Counted from the stretch's first letter, positions 26,104 to 36,261 are shown. The stretch is DNA of 64,000 bases from Candidatus Marinacidobacterium sp. (GCA_965220965.1 OZ244852.1:645141-709140); one strand, 5' to 3'. Program-made: numbers and translations. Notes: a model not told the origin generated them from the sequence alone.

Positions 26104-28614
26104 GTGTTTCCGGACAGGCGTCGCGTGGGTGGCTTTCGGCGGTTCGTCGCGATTGGTTTCTTTGCAGCGGTCAGCGCCGTAGCGCCGCCGGTCGCCGGGG
26201 CCGAAGCGTTCGGGTGGCGCCAGGAGCAGCAGGCTCCGGAACCTCCCGAGTCCCCGGTAGAGATCCGCGGGCGCGTCGTGGACCGCGCCACCGGGGAACC
26301 GATCGCCGGGGCGACCGTCGGGGGCATTGGAGCGGTCGCGGTGACCGACGCCGAGGGCCGCTTCGTCCTCGAGGCGCCGTTTCGGCTGAGCGCAGTCAGC
26401 GCGTCCGCCGAGGGCTACTTCGAACTCTCGGTCGCGGTCCCGGCCGAGGGTCCGGTCGAGATCGGGCTCGTCTCGCAGCGCATCGAGGAGACGGTGGAGG
26501 TCGTCGCCGAGAGTCCCGAGGTGGACCGACCGGCCGCCGTCCGCGTCGAGTCCCGGGAGGTTCTCGAGACCGCCGGTTCGGTGGACAACATCTTCCGGGC
26601 GCTGGGAACGCTCCCGGGAGTCGCGCAGACCACCGACTTCGGGAGCTTTCTCTCGGTGCGCGGCGGAGGCCCCGACGAGAACCTCACCCTCATGGACGGG
26701 GTCGAGATCCACAATCCCTACCGCCTGTTCGGGCTGGTGAGCGCGTTCCATCCGGAGACGGTGGATGACTTTTCGCTCTCCGCCGGCGGGTTCGGGGCGG
26801 CCTACGGGGACCGGCTCTCCTCCCTCCTGATCGTCAGGAACCGGGGGGGCAGGCGGGACTTCGGCGCCAGCTCGTCGCTCAGCATCACCGACGGCAACTT
26901 CGTCGGCGAGGGACCGATCGCCGGGCGGGGCTCCTGGCTGCTGAGCGCCCGACGGACCTACTACGACGTGGTCGTGGGCCGCATCTTCGACCAGAACTTC
27001 CCCTCGTTCTCCGACATCCAGTTCCGGACCGACTGGGAGTGGGGGCCGGGGCACCGCCTCACCCTGACCGGGCTCAGAAGCAGGGAGAACACCGACTTCT
27101 CGATCGAGGACGACGACGAGCCGGACGAGATGGTGGACTTCCAGGGCGACACGACGAACGACCTGGTCTCGGCCCGCCTGGACGCCGTCATTTCCGATCA
27201 GGCCACCTCCTCGACCGTCCTGGCGTGGTACCGGAACGCGGAGCTTCTCGACTTCCTGGGTCTGTTGCGCACCGGTACGCGGGGCGCCGGCGATGCGAGC
27301 GAGGAGGAGACCGAGCCGCTGGACCGCATCGCGTTCCGCCGTGAGCTGGCGGTGCGCGACTTCTCGCTGCGCCAGGAGTTCGGCTTCGAGATCGGGAGCC
27401 GGCACTTCCTCGGGATGGGCCTCGAGCTCCACCGCATCCGCTCCGGCCTCGACCAGACCATCGACGGGGTCCGCAACACCACCGCCGCCGACCCGACGAG
27501 CATCCAGGGGGGCTCGGCCCTTCCCGATTTCCTGGCGTCCGAGCTCGTTGGAACCCGCGGAGGGGCCTGGATCCAGGAGACCTACCGGATGACGGACCGG
27601 TTCTCGCTGGAGCCCGGGCTCCGTCTCGAGTGGAGCACCGTGAACGGGCGGAGCACGCTGTCGCCGCGGTTCGCGGCGGGCTACGACCTGGGCGCCGGGT
27701 TCCGGCTGCGGGCCGCCGGAGGGCTCTACACCCAGAGCCCGGGCTGGGAGAAGCTGCTGGCCTCGGACAACCTCCTCGATCTGAACGCGGTGGACCGCCT
27801 GGCCTTCGAGCGGGCGGTCCACGCCGTCCTCGGGGTGGAGAAGTCGCTGGGGGCCGGCGCCCGGTTCCGCGTCGAGGCCTACTGGAAGCGCTACGAGGAC
27901 CTGCTCTCCGGACGTCTGGAGACTCCCGCAGAGACCGCGTTCCGGGTCTCGCGCTACGCGTTCCCCGACGAGCTCGCCGCAGCGGTCCCCAGCGCGGCGC
28001 AGATCACGATCGATCCGGAGAACGGGGCTCGCGGCTCGGCGCGCGGACTCGATGTCTACGTCGAGCGCAACGACCCCTCGGCCCGCCTGGTGGGGTGGAT
28101 TTCGTGGTCGCTGGGCCGCGCCGAGCGCGAGGTCTGGGGCGCCCGGTTCCCCTTCGACTACGACCGGCCGCAGGCGCTCAACGTCGTCAGCGTGCTGCGG
28201 ATCTCGGACCGCTGGAGCCTCGCGGGCACCGGGCGCTTCGCCAGCGGCTTCCCCTACACCCCGGCGGTGGGCGTGCGGGTGGCCGCCACCGAGGACGAGC
28301 GGGGACTCCTCGTCCCGGAGACCGACGGCCTCGGGAACCTGATCTACACGGTGGATCTCGGCGGGTTCGACAACCGGAACGCCGCCCGCCTCCCGAACTA
28401 CGCCCGGCTCGACCTGCGCCTCACCTACCAGCACGGCGGACCGACCGGCCGCTGGTCGGTCTACGCCGAGGTCATCAACGCCACCGGACGGGAAAACGGC
28501 ACCGCGATCGAGCAGGAAGTCGTCGCGGGTCCGGGCGGCGTTCCCACAGTCGAGGAGTACCCGGAGTTCGGCTTCCCGCGCATCCCCACGATCGGGATCC
28601 GGTTCCGCTTCTGA
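26104..28614 (+). CDS. TonB-dependent receptor with N-terminal carboxypeptidase-regulatory-like domain
   Basis: CarboxypepD_reg segment (RGRVVDRATGEPIAGATVG...TDAEGRF). Plug-domain motif DNIFRALGTLPGVA..SVRGGGPDENLTLMDGVEIHNPYRLFG. C-terminal beta-barrel ending in RF. Confidence 0.8.
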   Translation: MFPDRRRVGGFRRFVAIGFFAAVSAVAPPVAGAEAFGWRQEQQAPEPPESPVEIRGRVVDRATGEPIAGATVGGIGAVAVTDAEGRFVLEAPFRLSAVSASAEGYFELSVAVPAEGPVEIGLVSQRIEETVEVVAESPEVDRPAAVRVESREVLETAGSVDNIFRALGTLPGVAQTTDFGSFLSVRGGGPDENLTLMDGVEIHNPYRLFGLVSAFHPETVDDFSLSAGGFGAAYGDRLSSLLIVRNRGGRRDFGASSSLSITDGNFVGEGPIAGRGSWLLSARRTYYDVVVGRIFDQNFPSFSDIQFRTDWEWGPGHRLTLTGLRSRENTDFSIEDDDEPDEMVDFQGDTTNDLVSARLDAVISDQATSSTVLAWYRNAELLDFLGLLRTGTRGAGDASEEETEPLDRIAFRRELAVRDFSLRQEFGFEIGSRHFLGMGLELHRIRSGLDQTIDGVRNTTAADPTSIQGGSALPDFLASELVGTRGGAWIQETYRMTDRFSLEPGLRLEWSTVNGRSTLSPRFAAGYDLGAGFRLRAAGGLYTQSPGWEKLLASDNLLDLNAVDRLAFERAVHAVLGVEKSLGAGARFRVEAYWKRYEDLLSGRLETPAETAFRVSRYAFPDELAAAVPSAAQITIDPENGARGSARGLDVYVERNDPSARLVGWISWSLGRAEREVWGARFPFDYDRPQALNVVSVLRISDRWSLAGTGRFASGFPYTPAVGVRVAATEDERGLLVPETDGLGNLIYTVDLGGFDNRNAARLPNYARLDLRLTYQHGGPTGRWSVYAEVINATGRENGTAIEQEVVAGPGGVPTVEEYPEFGFPRIPTIGIRFRF

Positions 28615-28649
28615 GGCGCCGACCCACCGGACTGCGAAGACAGCGTGTC

Positions 28650-28955
28650 ATGCGGGAACCCATCCACCCCGGGGAGACGCTGCGGGAGGATCTCGAAGCG
28701 CTAGGGATGAGCGCCGCGGAACTGGCGCGGCGGATCGAGGTCCCGGCGAGCCGCATCACCGGGATCCTGAACGGCCGGCGGCCCGTAACGGCCGACACGG
28801 CGCTCCGGCTCGGGCGCTTCTTCGGCACCTCGGGGGAGTTCTGGCTCAACGTCCAGAAGATCTACGAGTTGCGCCTCGCGGAGCAGGAACATGGCGCGGA
28901 GATCGCCCGACTGCCGTCGCTGGCGGTCCGCAAGCCCTCGCCGGTCGCGAGTTGA
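28650..28955 (+). CDS. higA: HigA-family antitoxin (XRE-type HTH)
   Basis: MREPIHPGETLREDLEALGMSAAELARRIEVPASRITGILNGRRPVTADTALRLGRFFGTSGEFWLNVQKIYEL is canonical HigA. ATG at 28650, in the C-terminal frame of the listed 27630 ORF. No higB-like gene is adjacent. Confidence 0.75.
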   Translation: MREPIHPGETLREDLEALGMSAAELARRIEVPASRITGILNGRRPVTADTALRLGRFFGTSGEFWLNVQKIYELRLAEQEHGAEIARLPSLAVRKPSPVAS

Positions 28956-29008
28956 GTCGGGCCCTTATCCCACCACCGGGATCCGGGTCCGCTGTTGAGG
29001 CGTCCTGA

Positions 29009-30337
29009 CTAGGGGCGGGGACCTCCGGTTCCGAAGCCGCGGACGCCCACCCGCCTCGGGATGTAGTGGTCCGGGTCCACGGTCCGGTGGTAGACGATCC
29101 GCCCGTTGCTCATGACGAACATCGGCTCGTGGGTGGCGTAGATGTCCTCGACCGGGTTGCCGTCCACCGAGACGAGATCGGCTTCGAGGCCGACCGCGAT
29201 CCGCCCGGTCCGGTCCTCGACGCCGTAGACCTCCGCCGAGCGGATCGTCGCGGACTGGAGCGCCTGGAGCGGGGTCATCCCCATCTCCACGAAGTGGGTC
29301 ATCTCGCGGTAGACCCGGTTGTTGCTCCTCGGGGAGTACTGGGTGTCGGTCGCCGTCAGGATCGTCACTCCCAGTTCGAGCGCCCGCCGGAACCCTTTCT
29401 CCAGGTAGTGGAGCAGGTGCGATCCGCGCTGGAAGCTGGCGGATGAGTCGTAGTCGTCGTGGGGAAGCAGGAATCCGACGACCGAGGTGTAGGTGGGGAC
29501 CCACGCGGTACCGCGCTCCAGCATCATCTGAAGCCCCTCCTCGTCCACGTAGGAGCCGTGCTCGATCGTTGCGCATCCGGCGACGATGGCGTTGCGAACC
29601 ACTTCCGCGCCGTGGGCGTGGCACGCCACCTTGACGCCGAGCGCATCGGCCTCCTCGACGATCGCGGTGAGCTCGTCGACGCTGTAGACCATCATCTTGG
29701 GATCCGGCCCGTCGGGGCCGGAAGTCGTGCCGCCGGAACGGGTCTTGATCCATCGCGCGCCCCGCGAGACATCCACCTGGACGACCTCCCGGACCGCCTC
29801 CGCGCCGCGCACTTCGCGGTTCAGGTACTTGTAGAGCCGGGGATCCGCGAGCGCCGATTGGCCCAGGTTCGGGAGAACGTAGACGCCGGCGGCGAAGATC
29901 TCCGGCCCGGCGATGTAGCCCTGTTCGACCATGTCGTTCATGCGGACATCCAGAAAGCTCCCGACCGCGGCGCTCTTCATCGTGGTGACCCCCGACTCGA
30001 GGGCGCGATAGAGCCCGTCGAGGGTCCGGCCGTGCCAGTGGCCGTCGAACAGCCCCGGGATGAGATGCCGGCCTCCCATGTCGAGGATGTGCGCCCCCTC
30101 GGGCGGCGGGCCGGTCCCGACGGACTCGATGAGGCCGTCGCGCACAACGACGACGGCGTCCTCGGTGACCTCGCCGTTTTCGACATGGACGACATGGGCG
30201 TTCACCAGCGCGACGTGCGGCTGCGGCAGAACCCCGTCCTCCCCCGGCAGGTGGGGAACGGTGGGCTGGGCCGCGCCCGGGGCCGGGAGCGCGAGGAGCA
30301 GCAGACCGACGAGCAGGAACAGGCGGGTTCGGGACAT
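29009..30337 (-). CDS. Amidohydrolase family metal-dependent hydrolase (imidazolonepropionase / Xaa-Pro dipeptidase-like), secreted
   Basis: Start ATG at 30337 (MSRTRLFLLVGLLLLALPAPGAAQ). Metal-binding HxH (GLFDGHWHG) and downstream His/Asp ligands (ACHAHGAE, TDT). 442 aa. Confidence 0.8.
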   Translation of the reverse strand: MSRTRLFLLVGLLLLALPAPGAAQPTVPHLPGEDGVLPQPHVALVNAHVVHVENGEVTEDAVVVVRDGLIESVGTGPPPEGAHILDMGGRHLIPGLFDGHWHGRTLDGLYRALESGVTTMKSAAVGSFLDVRMNDMVEQGYIAGPEIFAAGVYVLPNLGQSALADPRLYKYLNREVRGAEAVREVVQVDVSRGARWIKTRSGGTTSGPDGPDPKMMVYSVDELTAIVEEADALGVKVACHAHGAEVVRNAIVAGCATIEHGSYVDEEGLQMMLERGTAWVPTYTSVVGFLLPHDDYDSSASFQRGSHLLHYLEKGFRRALELGVTILTATDTQYSPRSNNRVYREMTHFVEMGMTPLQALQSATIRSAEVYGVEDRTGRIAVGLEADLVSVDGNPVEDIYATHEPMFVMSNGRIVYHRTVDPDHYIPRRVGVRGFGTGGPRP

Positions 30338-30378
30338 GAGGCGCTCCTTCGGGCCATGCGGCCCGTTCCGATGGTACG

Positions 30379-31710
30379 TTGCAGAAACGCCGGAGCCCCT
30401 GCGCTCCGGGAAGGAGTCGCGACGTGTTGCATCGAAGGGCCTTTCTGGCGGCCGCCGGCGGCGCGCTGACCGCGCTCCAGGCCGACGCCGCATCGCGGAT
30501 CGCGGAAGCCGTCTCCGGCGTCGGCGCGACAAGCGCCCAGGAAGTCGCCAGCGACGAGGACTTCTGGTTCCAGGTGCGGCAGGCGTTCACCATCGACCGG
30601 AACCACATCAATCTGAACTCGGGCAGCGTGAGCCCGGCGCCCACGCCGGTCCAGCGGGCGATGCGCCAGTACTGGGAGATCACCAACATGGGGCCCTCGC
30701 TCTATGTGGACGAGCTCCTCGGACCCCGGATCGAGGTGGCCCGGCGGCGGCTCGCTGACGCGTTCGGCGCGAGCCCCGACGAGATCGCCTTCACCCGCAA
30801 CGCCAGCGAGGCCATGGAGATCATCCAGTTCGGCCTTCCGCTCGAGGCCGGAGACGAGGTCCTGACCACGACGCAGGACTATCCGCGGATGCTCATGACG
30901 TTCCGCCAGCGGGAGCGCCGCGACGGGATCGTGCTCCGCACTGTCCCCTATCCGACGCCCCCCGAGGACCTCTCCGAGCTGACGCACATCCTCGAGCGCG
31001 CCATCACCCCGAGGACGAAGCTGCTGCTCATCTGCCACACCACCTTCACCACCGGCCAGATCTTCCCGGTGGGCGAGATCTGCCGGATGGCGCGGCGTCA
31101 CGGCGTCGAGACGATCGTGGACGGGGCGCACGGTTTCGCGCACTTCCCGTTCACCCGGGATGAGCTCGACTGCGACTACTACGGAACCAGCCTCCACAAG
31201 TGGCTCTTCGCCCCGGTCGGGACCGGCTTCCTCTACGTGCGGAAGGACAAGATCCCGCGGGTCTGGCCGCTCATGAGCGCCCCCGCGAGCCAGGACGACG
31301 ACATCCGCAAGTTCGAGCAGATCGGCACGAACCCGATCGCGGTGCGAGGCCCGATCACCGAGGCGCTCACCTTCCACGACGGCCTGGGGCCGGAGCGCAA
31401 GGCGGAGCGGCTCGTCTACCTTCGCCGCCGGTGGGCGGAGCGCGTCAAGGAGCTTCCCGGGGTCCAGGTCCTGAACCCGCCGGACATCCGCCAGGCGTGC
31501 GGCATCGGCGCCATGCGGATCGACGGCGTGGACTCCGGAGAGCTCACCGACTTCCTCGAGCGCAAGTACCGGATCCACGTCCGGCCCCGGTTCGTCAGGG
31601 GAGAGTTCGACTGCATCCGCGTTTCGCCGAGCGTGTTCACCACCCTCGAGGAGGTGGATCTGTTCTCGACCGGGATCGAGGACGCCGCCCGGAACGGAGT
31701 CGCGCTGTGA
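30379..31710 (+). CDS. Aminotransferase class V (isopenicillin-N-epimerase / cysteine-desulfurase-like PLP enzyme) with Tat signal
   Basis: Tat motif HRRAFLAAAGG. PLP-lysine region YYGTSLHKWLFAPVGTGFLYV. A GTG at 30424 is an alternative start. Confidence 0.8.
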   Translation: MQKRRSPCAPGRSRDVLHRRAFLAAAGGALTALQADAASRIAEAVSGVGATSAQEVASDEDFWFQVRQAFTIDRNHINLNSGSVSPAPTPVQRAMRQYWEITNMGPSLYVDELLGPRIEVARRRLADAFGASPDEIAFTRNASEAMEIIQFGLPLEAGDEVLTTTQDYPRMLMTFRQRERRDGIVLRTVPYPTPPEDLSELTHILERAITPRTKLLLICHTTFTTGQIFPVGEICRMARRHGVETIVDGAHGFAHFPFTRDELDCDYYGTSLHKWLFAPVGTGFLYVRKDKIPRVWPLMSAPASQDDDIRKFEQIGTNPIAVRGPITEALTFHDGLGPERKAERLVYLRRRWAERVKELPGVQVLNPPDIRQACGIGAMRIDGVDSGELTDFLERKYRIHVRPRFVRGEFDCIRVSPSVFTTLEEVDLFSTGIEDAARNGVAL

Positions 31711-32906
31711 GCGGCGGAGACGGGTTCTCCCGACGCGCGCTTCTCAAGGGAGTTCTGGCGGCGGCCCCGGTCTCGGCGGCGTGCGCCAACGGGCAGGAGC
31801 CTGCGCCGACGACCGAGGGCGGGCCACCCTCGGGCGTGGCGCTCTGGGGTCAGGACCTCGGGCTCGGCGAGATGTTCCGGAGCGCGAACGGCGAAACCGA
31901 GGTCGAGGCCTACATCAGGAAGTGCGCCGACCACGGGGTCTCCCGGGTCTTCGCGCCCGGCGCATCGGAGGACCTGGTCCAGACCGGGCGCGACCACGGC
32001 GTGACCGTCCACCCCTACAAGGCGGTCGCCTCCCACGGCGGCATCCGGATGTATCCCGCCTGGTCGTCCAACTTCATGGTCCCGCGCTTCGGGACCGAGG
32101 AAGGGCGCATCACCCTCGACGCGCACCGTCCGATCTGGAGTCATCCGCAGCGCATCGAGAGCCTGAGCGACTTCCTGCGGGAGAACCCGCAACACCGTCA
32201 CCGGAACCGGTCGCTCTCCGACGAAATGCAGCCCTACGAGCGCGTGTTCCTCAGCCCCGGCCTCCCGGAGGGAAGAGCGGAGGAGGCGCGGGCGTTCGCC
32301 GATCTCCTCACGAGCAGCGGGGGTCTCGGGATCCAGGCCGAATTCGTGTCGATCAACGAGGACGAGGACGGGGTGAGCACCGACGGCTACGAGGACTCGA
32401 TCGCCTCAGCCTTCAGAGAGGCCACCGGCCGCGACCCGTTCGACATCCCGAACGCCGATCCCGACTGGGTGGACTTCCGGGCAGCCCGCTGGACCGACAT
32501 GGTGCGCGCGATCCGCGACGCCGTGAAGGCCGTCCGCTCCGACGCGGTCTTCACGATCACCGTGATCAACCGGGATCCCGACGGATACCGGACGCGCATG
32601 CAGGACTGGCCCACGTGGGTGGACGAGGGCCTCGCCGACGAGATGCACCTCTGGTTCCGCTCCACGACGGATCTCGGAGTGATCGAACGCCAGGCGCGGC
32701 ACATGGTCGACACTGTCCGCGGCCGGGTTCCGGTGGTGGCGGAGTTCTCCTGCTACCACCCCGGCAGTCTCCAGACGGCCGACGCGATGATGGACGCGGC
32801 CCGCGCCACCCGCGCCGCCGGCGTGGACGGCCTCGGGATCTACCGCAGCCACGCGGTGGAGCAGCTCCGGTTCTGGCCGCTCCTCGAAGCGATGACGCAG
32901 TTGTAG
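31707..32906 (+). CDS. Hypothetical Tat-secreted protein (possibly TIM-barrel glycoside-hydrolase-like)
   Basis: GTG start overlapping the stop of the aminotransferase (GTGA). Tat motif SRRALLKGVLAAAPVSAA. Protein-like composition over 399 aa in the C-terminal frame of the listed 31200 ORF. Confidence 0.55.
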   Translation: MSGGDGFSRRALLKGVLAAAPVSAACANGQEPAPTTEGGPPSGVALWGQDLGLGEMFRSANGETEVEAYIRKCADHGVSRVFAPGASEDLVQTGRDHGVTVHPYKAVASHGGIRMYPAWSSNFMVPRFGTEEGRITLDAHRPIWSHPQRIESLSDFLRENPQHRHRNRSLSDEMQPYERVFLSPGLPEGRAEEARAFADLLTSSGGLGIQAEFVSINEDEDGVSTDGYEDSIASAFREATGRDPFDIPNADPDWVDFRAARWTDMVRAIRDAVKAVRSDAVFTITVINRDPDGYRTRMQDWPTWVDEGLADEMHLWFRSTTDLGVIERQARHMVDTVRGRVPVVAEFSCYHPGSLQTADAMMDAARATRAAGVDGLGIYRSHAVEQLRFWPLLEAMTQL

Positions 32907-33051
32907 CGGGATCGGGTTCCAGAGCTGCGGGTTCGCTCAGCCTCCCTCCTGTTCCCCGGGGAAGTCCGGTTCCTCTCGGTTCACTCGCGCGCGCAACGCT
33001 TCGGTCTGCGGGCCGGCTTCGACTCCGGTGGTGTCCCGGCCGGAGCAACCC

Positions 33052-34311
33052 TCAGCGCACGCGGATGGCGTCCCAGTTGTCCCAGGCGGAGGTGTCCGAG
33101 AGGACGACCTCATCACCTTCGGTGAGGCCGTCCAGCACTTCGATGCGGTTCACCGATCCACGGCCCAGCCGGACCGGGATGCGCTCGGCGGTGGCGCCGT
33201 CCGGGCTGATCCGGAAGAGACCAACCGTGCTCCCCGGCTGGCCGTAGGCGGGACGGCCCACGTGGAGCGTGTCGGGGATGCGGTCGAGCTGGATCGAGCC
33301 GTCCACCGAGAGGTCGGGCCGGGCGCCGCGGGGCAGGGCGCCTTCGAGGCGGATGTCCACCCGGACGGCCCCGTCCCGGACGGCCGGATCCACTCGCGAG
33401 ACGACTCCCGGGATGACGCCGTTTCTGGTGTCCACCAGGGCGGTCTGCCCCGGGGTGAGATCGCCCGCCTGGGTCTCGGGAATGCGGAGGACGGCGCGGA
33501 GCTCGCTCACGTTGGCGACGCGGGCCAGGTTGTCCCCCGGACTCACCTCCTGGCCGACCTCCACCGGGGTCTCGAGCAGGACGCCGGCGCGCCCGGCGCG
33601 GACGGTGAGGGCCTCGAGCTGTCGGGTGCGGAGCTCGACGACCGCCTGGTGGCGGGCCACGGTCGCCTCCTTCGAAGCGAGCTGCGCTTCGGAGGAGCCG
33701 GCGAGGGTCTCGAGACGCTCCTGCTCGAGGTCGCGCCGGACCTCGAGCTCCTCGGCGCGGACGAGGCTTCGGCGGTGGATGAGCTCGCCGATGACGCCGG
33801 CCTGGAGGAGTTTCGCGTCGGCGTCCGCGCGCCGGCGGGCGCTCTCCGAAGAGGTCCGGAGCTGGTTGGCGGCGTTCTCCTGTTCGAGCAGGTCCGAGCG
33901 GATCCGGTCACGGAGGCGGCGAAGTTCGGCTTCCTGGCCGCGGAGCTGGAGCTCCGCCTCCCGGGTCTGCTGGACGAGCGTCGGGTTCGAGAGGACGAGC
34001 AGCACGGTGTCGGCTTCGACCGGCGTCCCGGGAAGGATCCGGCGCTCCTCGACCCGTCCGCGGGTTTCGGCCGCCAGCCAGCGGACTTCTTCGGGCGGGA
34101 CTTCGAGGACGCCGGGGCCTCGGACCCTCCGGACGAGCTCACCCCGCTCGACGACTCCGGTCCACAGGGTGGATCGGCTCACCTCGGGCGCTCCCGGAGC
34201 GAGCCGGGTGAGCAGCCAGAGCGCGGTCGCCGCGCCCGCGATCCCAGCGGCCCAGAGGAGGAGCCGTCGCCGCCTGCGCTTGCGCTGCCGGTCGGCGATC
34301 TGGAAGTCCAT
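33052..34311 (-). CDS. HlyD-family membrane fusion protein (efflux adaptor subunit)
   Basis: N-terminal TM anchor. Long coiled-coil (QLRGQEAELRRLRDR...QLEAL) flanked by lipoyl/beta-barrel segments (LLVLSNP..., GRAGVLLETPVEVGQEV). Confidence 0.8.
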   Translation of the reverse strand: MDFQIADRQRKRRRRRLLLWAAGIAGAATALWLLTRLAPGAPEVSRSTLWTGVVERGELVRRVRGPGVLEVPPEEVRWLAAETRGRVEERRILPGTPVEADTVLLVLSNPTLVQQTREAELQLRGQEAELRRLRDRIRSDLLEQENAANQLRTSSESARRRADADAKLLQAGVIGELIHRRSLVRAEELEVRRDLEQERLETLAGSSEAQLASKEATVARHQAVVELRTRQLEALTVRAGRAGVLLETPVEVGQEVSPGDNLARVANVSELRAVLRIPETQAGDLTPGQTALVDTRNGVIPGVVSRVDPAVRDGAVRVDIRLEGALPRGARPDLSVDGSIQLDRIPDTLHVGRPAYGQPGSTVGLFRISPDGATAERIPVRLGRGSVNRIEVLDGLTEGDEVVLSDTSAWDNWDAIRVR

Positions 34312-34337
34312 GTCTCAGGCCGCTCCAGTGACTCGCC

Positions 34338-36227
34338 TTAGTCGAAGACGAGGGCGGGGAGCGTCAGCGTGAGCCAGGGGGCGTAGGTCACCAGCAGCAC
34401 GGCGCCGGCGCGGATCGCGAGAAACGGCAGCGCGGCCCGGTAGACCTCGCCGAGCGGCCGCCGGAACCGGTAGGACGCGAGGAAGAGGTTCATGCCGACC
34501 GGGGGCGTCAGGTAGCCGAGCTCCAGGTTCGTCAGAAAGATGACCCCGAGATGGATGGGATCGACCCCGTAGGCGAGGCCCAGCGGGGCGATCAGCGGCA
34601 CGACCACCACGATGGCCGAGTAGATGTCCATGAGACACCCGGCGACCAGCAGGACCAGGTTCAGCAGCAGCAGGAAGAACAGCGGGGACTCGACGAAGGA
34701 CTGGACCCACGCCACCGCGGTCGCCGGGATGTCGGCGAAGATCAGGTAGTTCGTCAGGCCGAGCGCGCAACCCAGGATGAGCAGCACGCCGCCGATCAGG
34801 GTCACCGCGTTCCCTCCGGTGCGCACCAGGTCGCCGAGGCCCTTGCCCTCGCGGTGGACGACGTACTCCACGAAGAGGACGTAGAGCACGGTGATCGCGG
34901 CGGCCTCGACCAGGGTTGCGATCCCGCCGAGGATGACCCCGATCACCACCACCGGGATCGCCGCCTCCCACTTGGCCTCCCACAGCGCAGAGAGCGCCGT
35001 CCGGATCCTGAACGGCGTCGTCCCGCCGGCTGGCGCCGATCCCTCCGCCGGCCGCCGTCCCACCCGGCGGGCGACCAGGATCGTGAACCCGGCGACGAGC
35101 CCGATCTCCAGCAGCGCCGGCACGAACCCGGCGACGAAGAGCCGCTGGATGTCCACCTCGGCGACCAGCCCGTAGAGGATCACCGCCAGCGACGGCGGGA
35201 ACAGCAGTCCGAGCGAGCCCGCCGAGGTGAGGAGGCCGGTCGAGAACTTCGCGCGGTGGCCGTCGGCGACCAGCATCGGGAACATGAGCCCGCCGATCGC
35301 CAGGATCGTGACGCCGCTTCCCCCGGTGAACGAGGTGAAGAAGGCTGAGACCACGATCGCCACGATCGCGACGCCGCCGGGGATCCAGCCGAACATTCCC
35401 CGGAAGAGCTTCACCAGTCGCCGGGGCGCGCCGCCATCCGCCAGGATGTAGCCGGCGAGCGTGAACAGCGGGATCGTGGGCAGCGTGGGCTTGCTCACCA
35501 TCCCGTAGGCCTCGGCGGGGATCGCCGAGACCGGGTCCCAGTTCGCCCATAGCAGCACGGCGGCCGCGCCGCCGAGCGCCACGAAGATGGGCGCTCCGCC
35601 GGCGGCCGCGATCAGGATCAACGCCAGAAGCGGCCAGGCGATCCCGGTCTCGGTCAGGTCGAACCCGGAGACGCCCTCGTGGAGCAGAAGGGGAACGGCG
35701 AGCGCGACGAGCGCTCCGACCTTCCCCCAGCGGGTGGGGATCCGCCGCCAGATCCTCCAGCCGATGAGCGCGAAGCCGAGCGGCATGACGCCCTCGGCCA
35801 CCCACACCGGGACGCCGAGGGCGAGCTCGCGTCCGCCTTCCCACTCGGCGCGGATCAGGACTACGCTGGCGTAGGCCAGCGCTGCGGAGACGGCGACCCC
35901 GACGCCGCCGGACAGCGAGGCGATCACCGGCTTCCACCGCTCGGGCGCGGCGCTCGGTCCGGCGGTGAGCGCAAGCAGCTCCCCGCGGCGGGCGGCCACC
36001 GCGGCGCCGAGGAAACCCACCCAGAGCGCCAGGTGCTGCACCCACATCGAGGATCCCGGGATCCCGGTGGGGAAGAACGGACGGATCGCCGCCTCCACGA
36101 TGGGGATCGCGGCCATCAGGATCAGCGCGGTCAGCGAGACCGCCTCCTCGAAGACCGCGATGCGGCCGCCGGCGCGCGAAACCGGCGCGCCTCCGGCGGC
36201 GGCCGGGGCGGGGTCCGGGCTGCTCAT
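34338..36227 (-). CDS. TRAP transporter fused permease (DctQ-DctM fusion)
   Basis: About 16 TM helices, 629 aa, DctM-type large permease preceded by a small-permease module. 26 nt upstream of hlyD. Confidence 0.85.
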   Translation of the reverse strand: MSSPDPAPAAAGGAPVSRAGGRIAVFEEAVSLTALILMAAIPIVEAAIRPFFPTGIPGSSMWVQHLALWVGFLGAAVAARRGELLALTAGPSAAPERWKPVIASLSGGVGVAVSAALAYASVVLIRAEWEGGRELALGVPVWVAEGVMPLGFALIGWRIWRRIPTRWGKVGALVALAVPLLLHEGVSGFDLTETGIAWPLLALILIAAAGGAPIFVALGGAAAVLLWANWDPVSAIPAEAYGMVSKPTLPTIPLFTLAGYILADGGAPRRLVKLFRGMFGWIPGGVAIVAIVVSAFFTSFTGGSGVTILAIGGLMFPMLVADGHRAKFSTGLLTSAGSLGLLFPPSLAVILYGLVAEVDIQRLFVAGFVPALLEIGLVAGFTILVARRVGRRPAEGSAPAGGTTPFRIRTALSALWEAKWEAAIPVVVIGVILGGIATLVEAAAITVLYVLFVEYVVHREGKGLGDLVRTGGNAVTLIGGVLLILGCALGLTNYLIFADIPATAVAWVQSFVESPLFFLLLLNLVLLVAGCLMDIYSAIVVVVPLIAPLGLAYGVDPIHLGVIFLTNLELGYLTPPVGMNLFLASYRFRRPLGEVYRAALPFLAIRAGAVLLVTYAPWLTLTLPALVFD

Positions 36228-36261
36228 GGGAGGCCCGGAGAGACTACCGGGCGGCTTGGGA

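Noticed and set aside
22849-28434. 1861-aa minus-strand ORF spanning the M28 peptidase, EamA and TonB-receptor genes
   Set aside because: Anti-sense open frame of GC-rich sequence (low-complexity R/G/P/A-rich translation, no domain signatures). The plus-strand genes each have strong family motifs.
27630-28955. 441-aa plus ORF
   Set aside because: Only the last 101 codons (higA, ATG 28650) are coding. The upstream part is an alternative frame of the TonB receptor gene.
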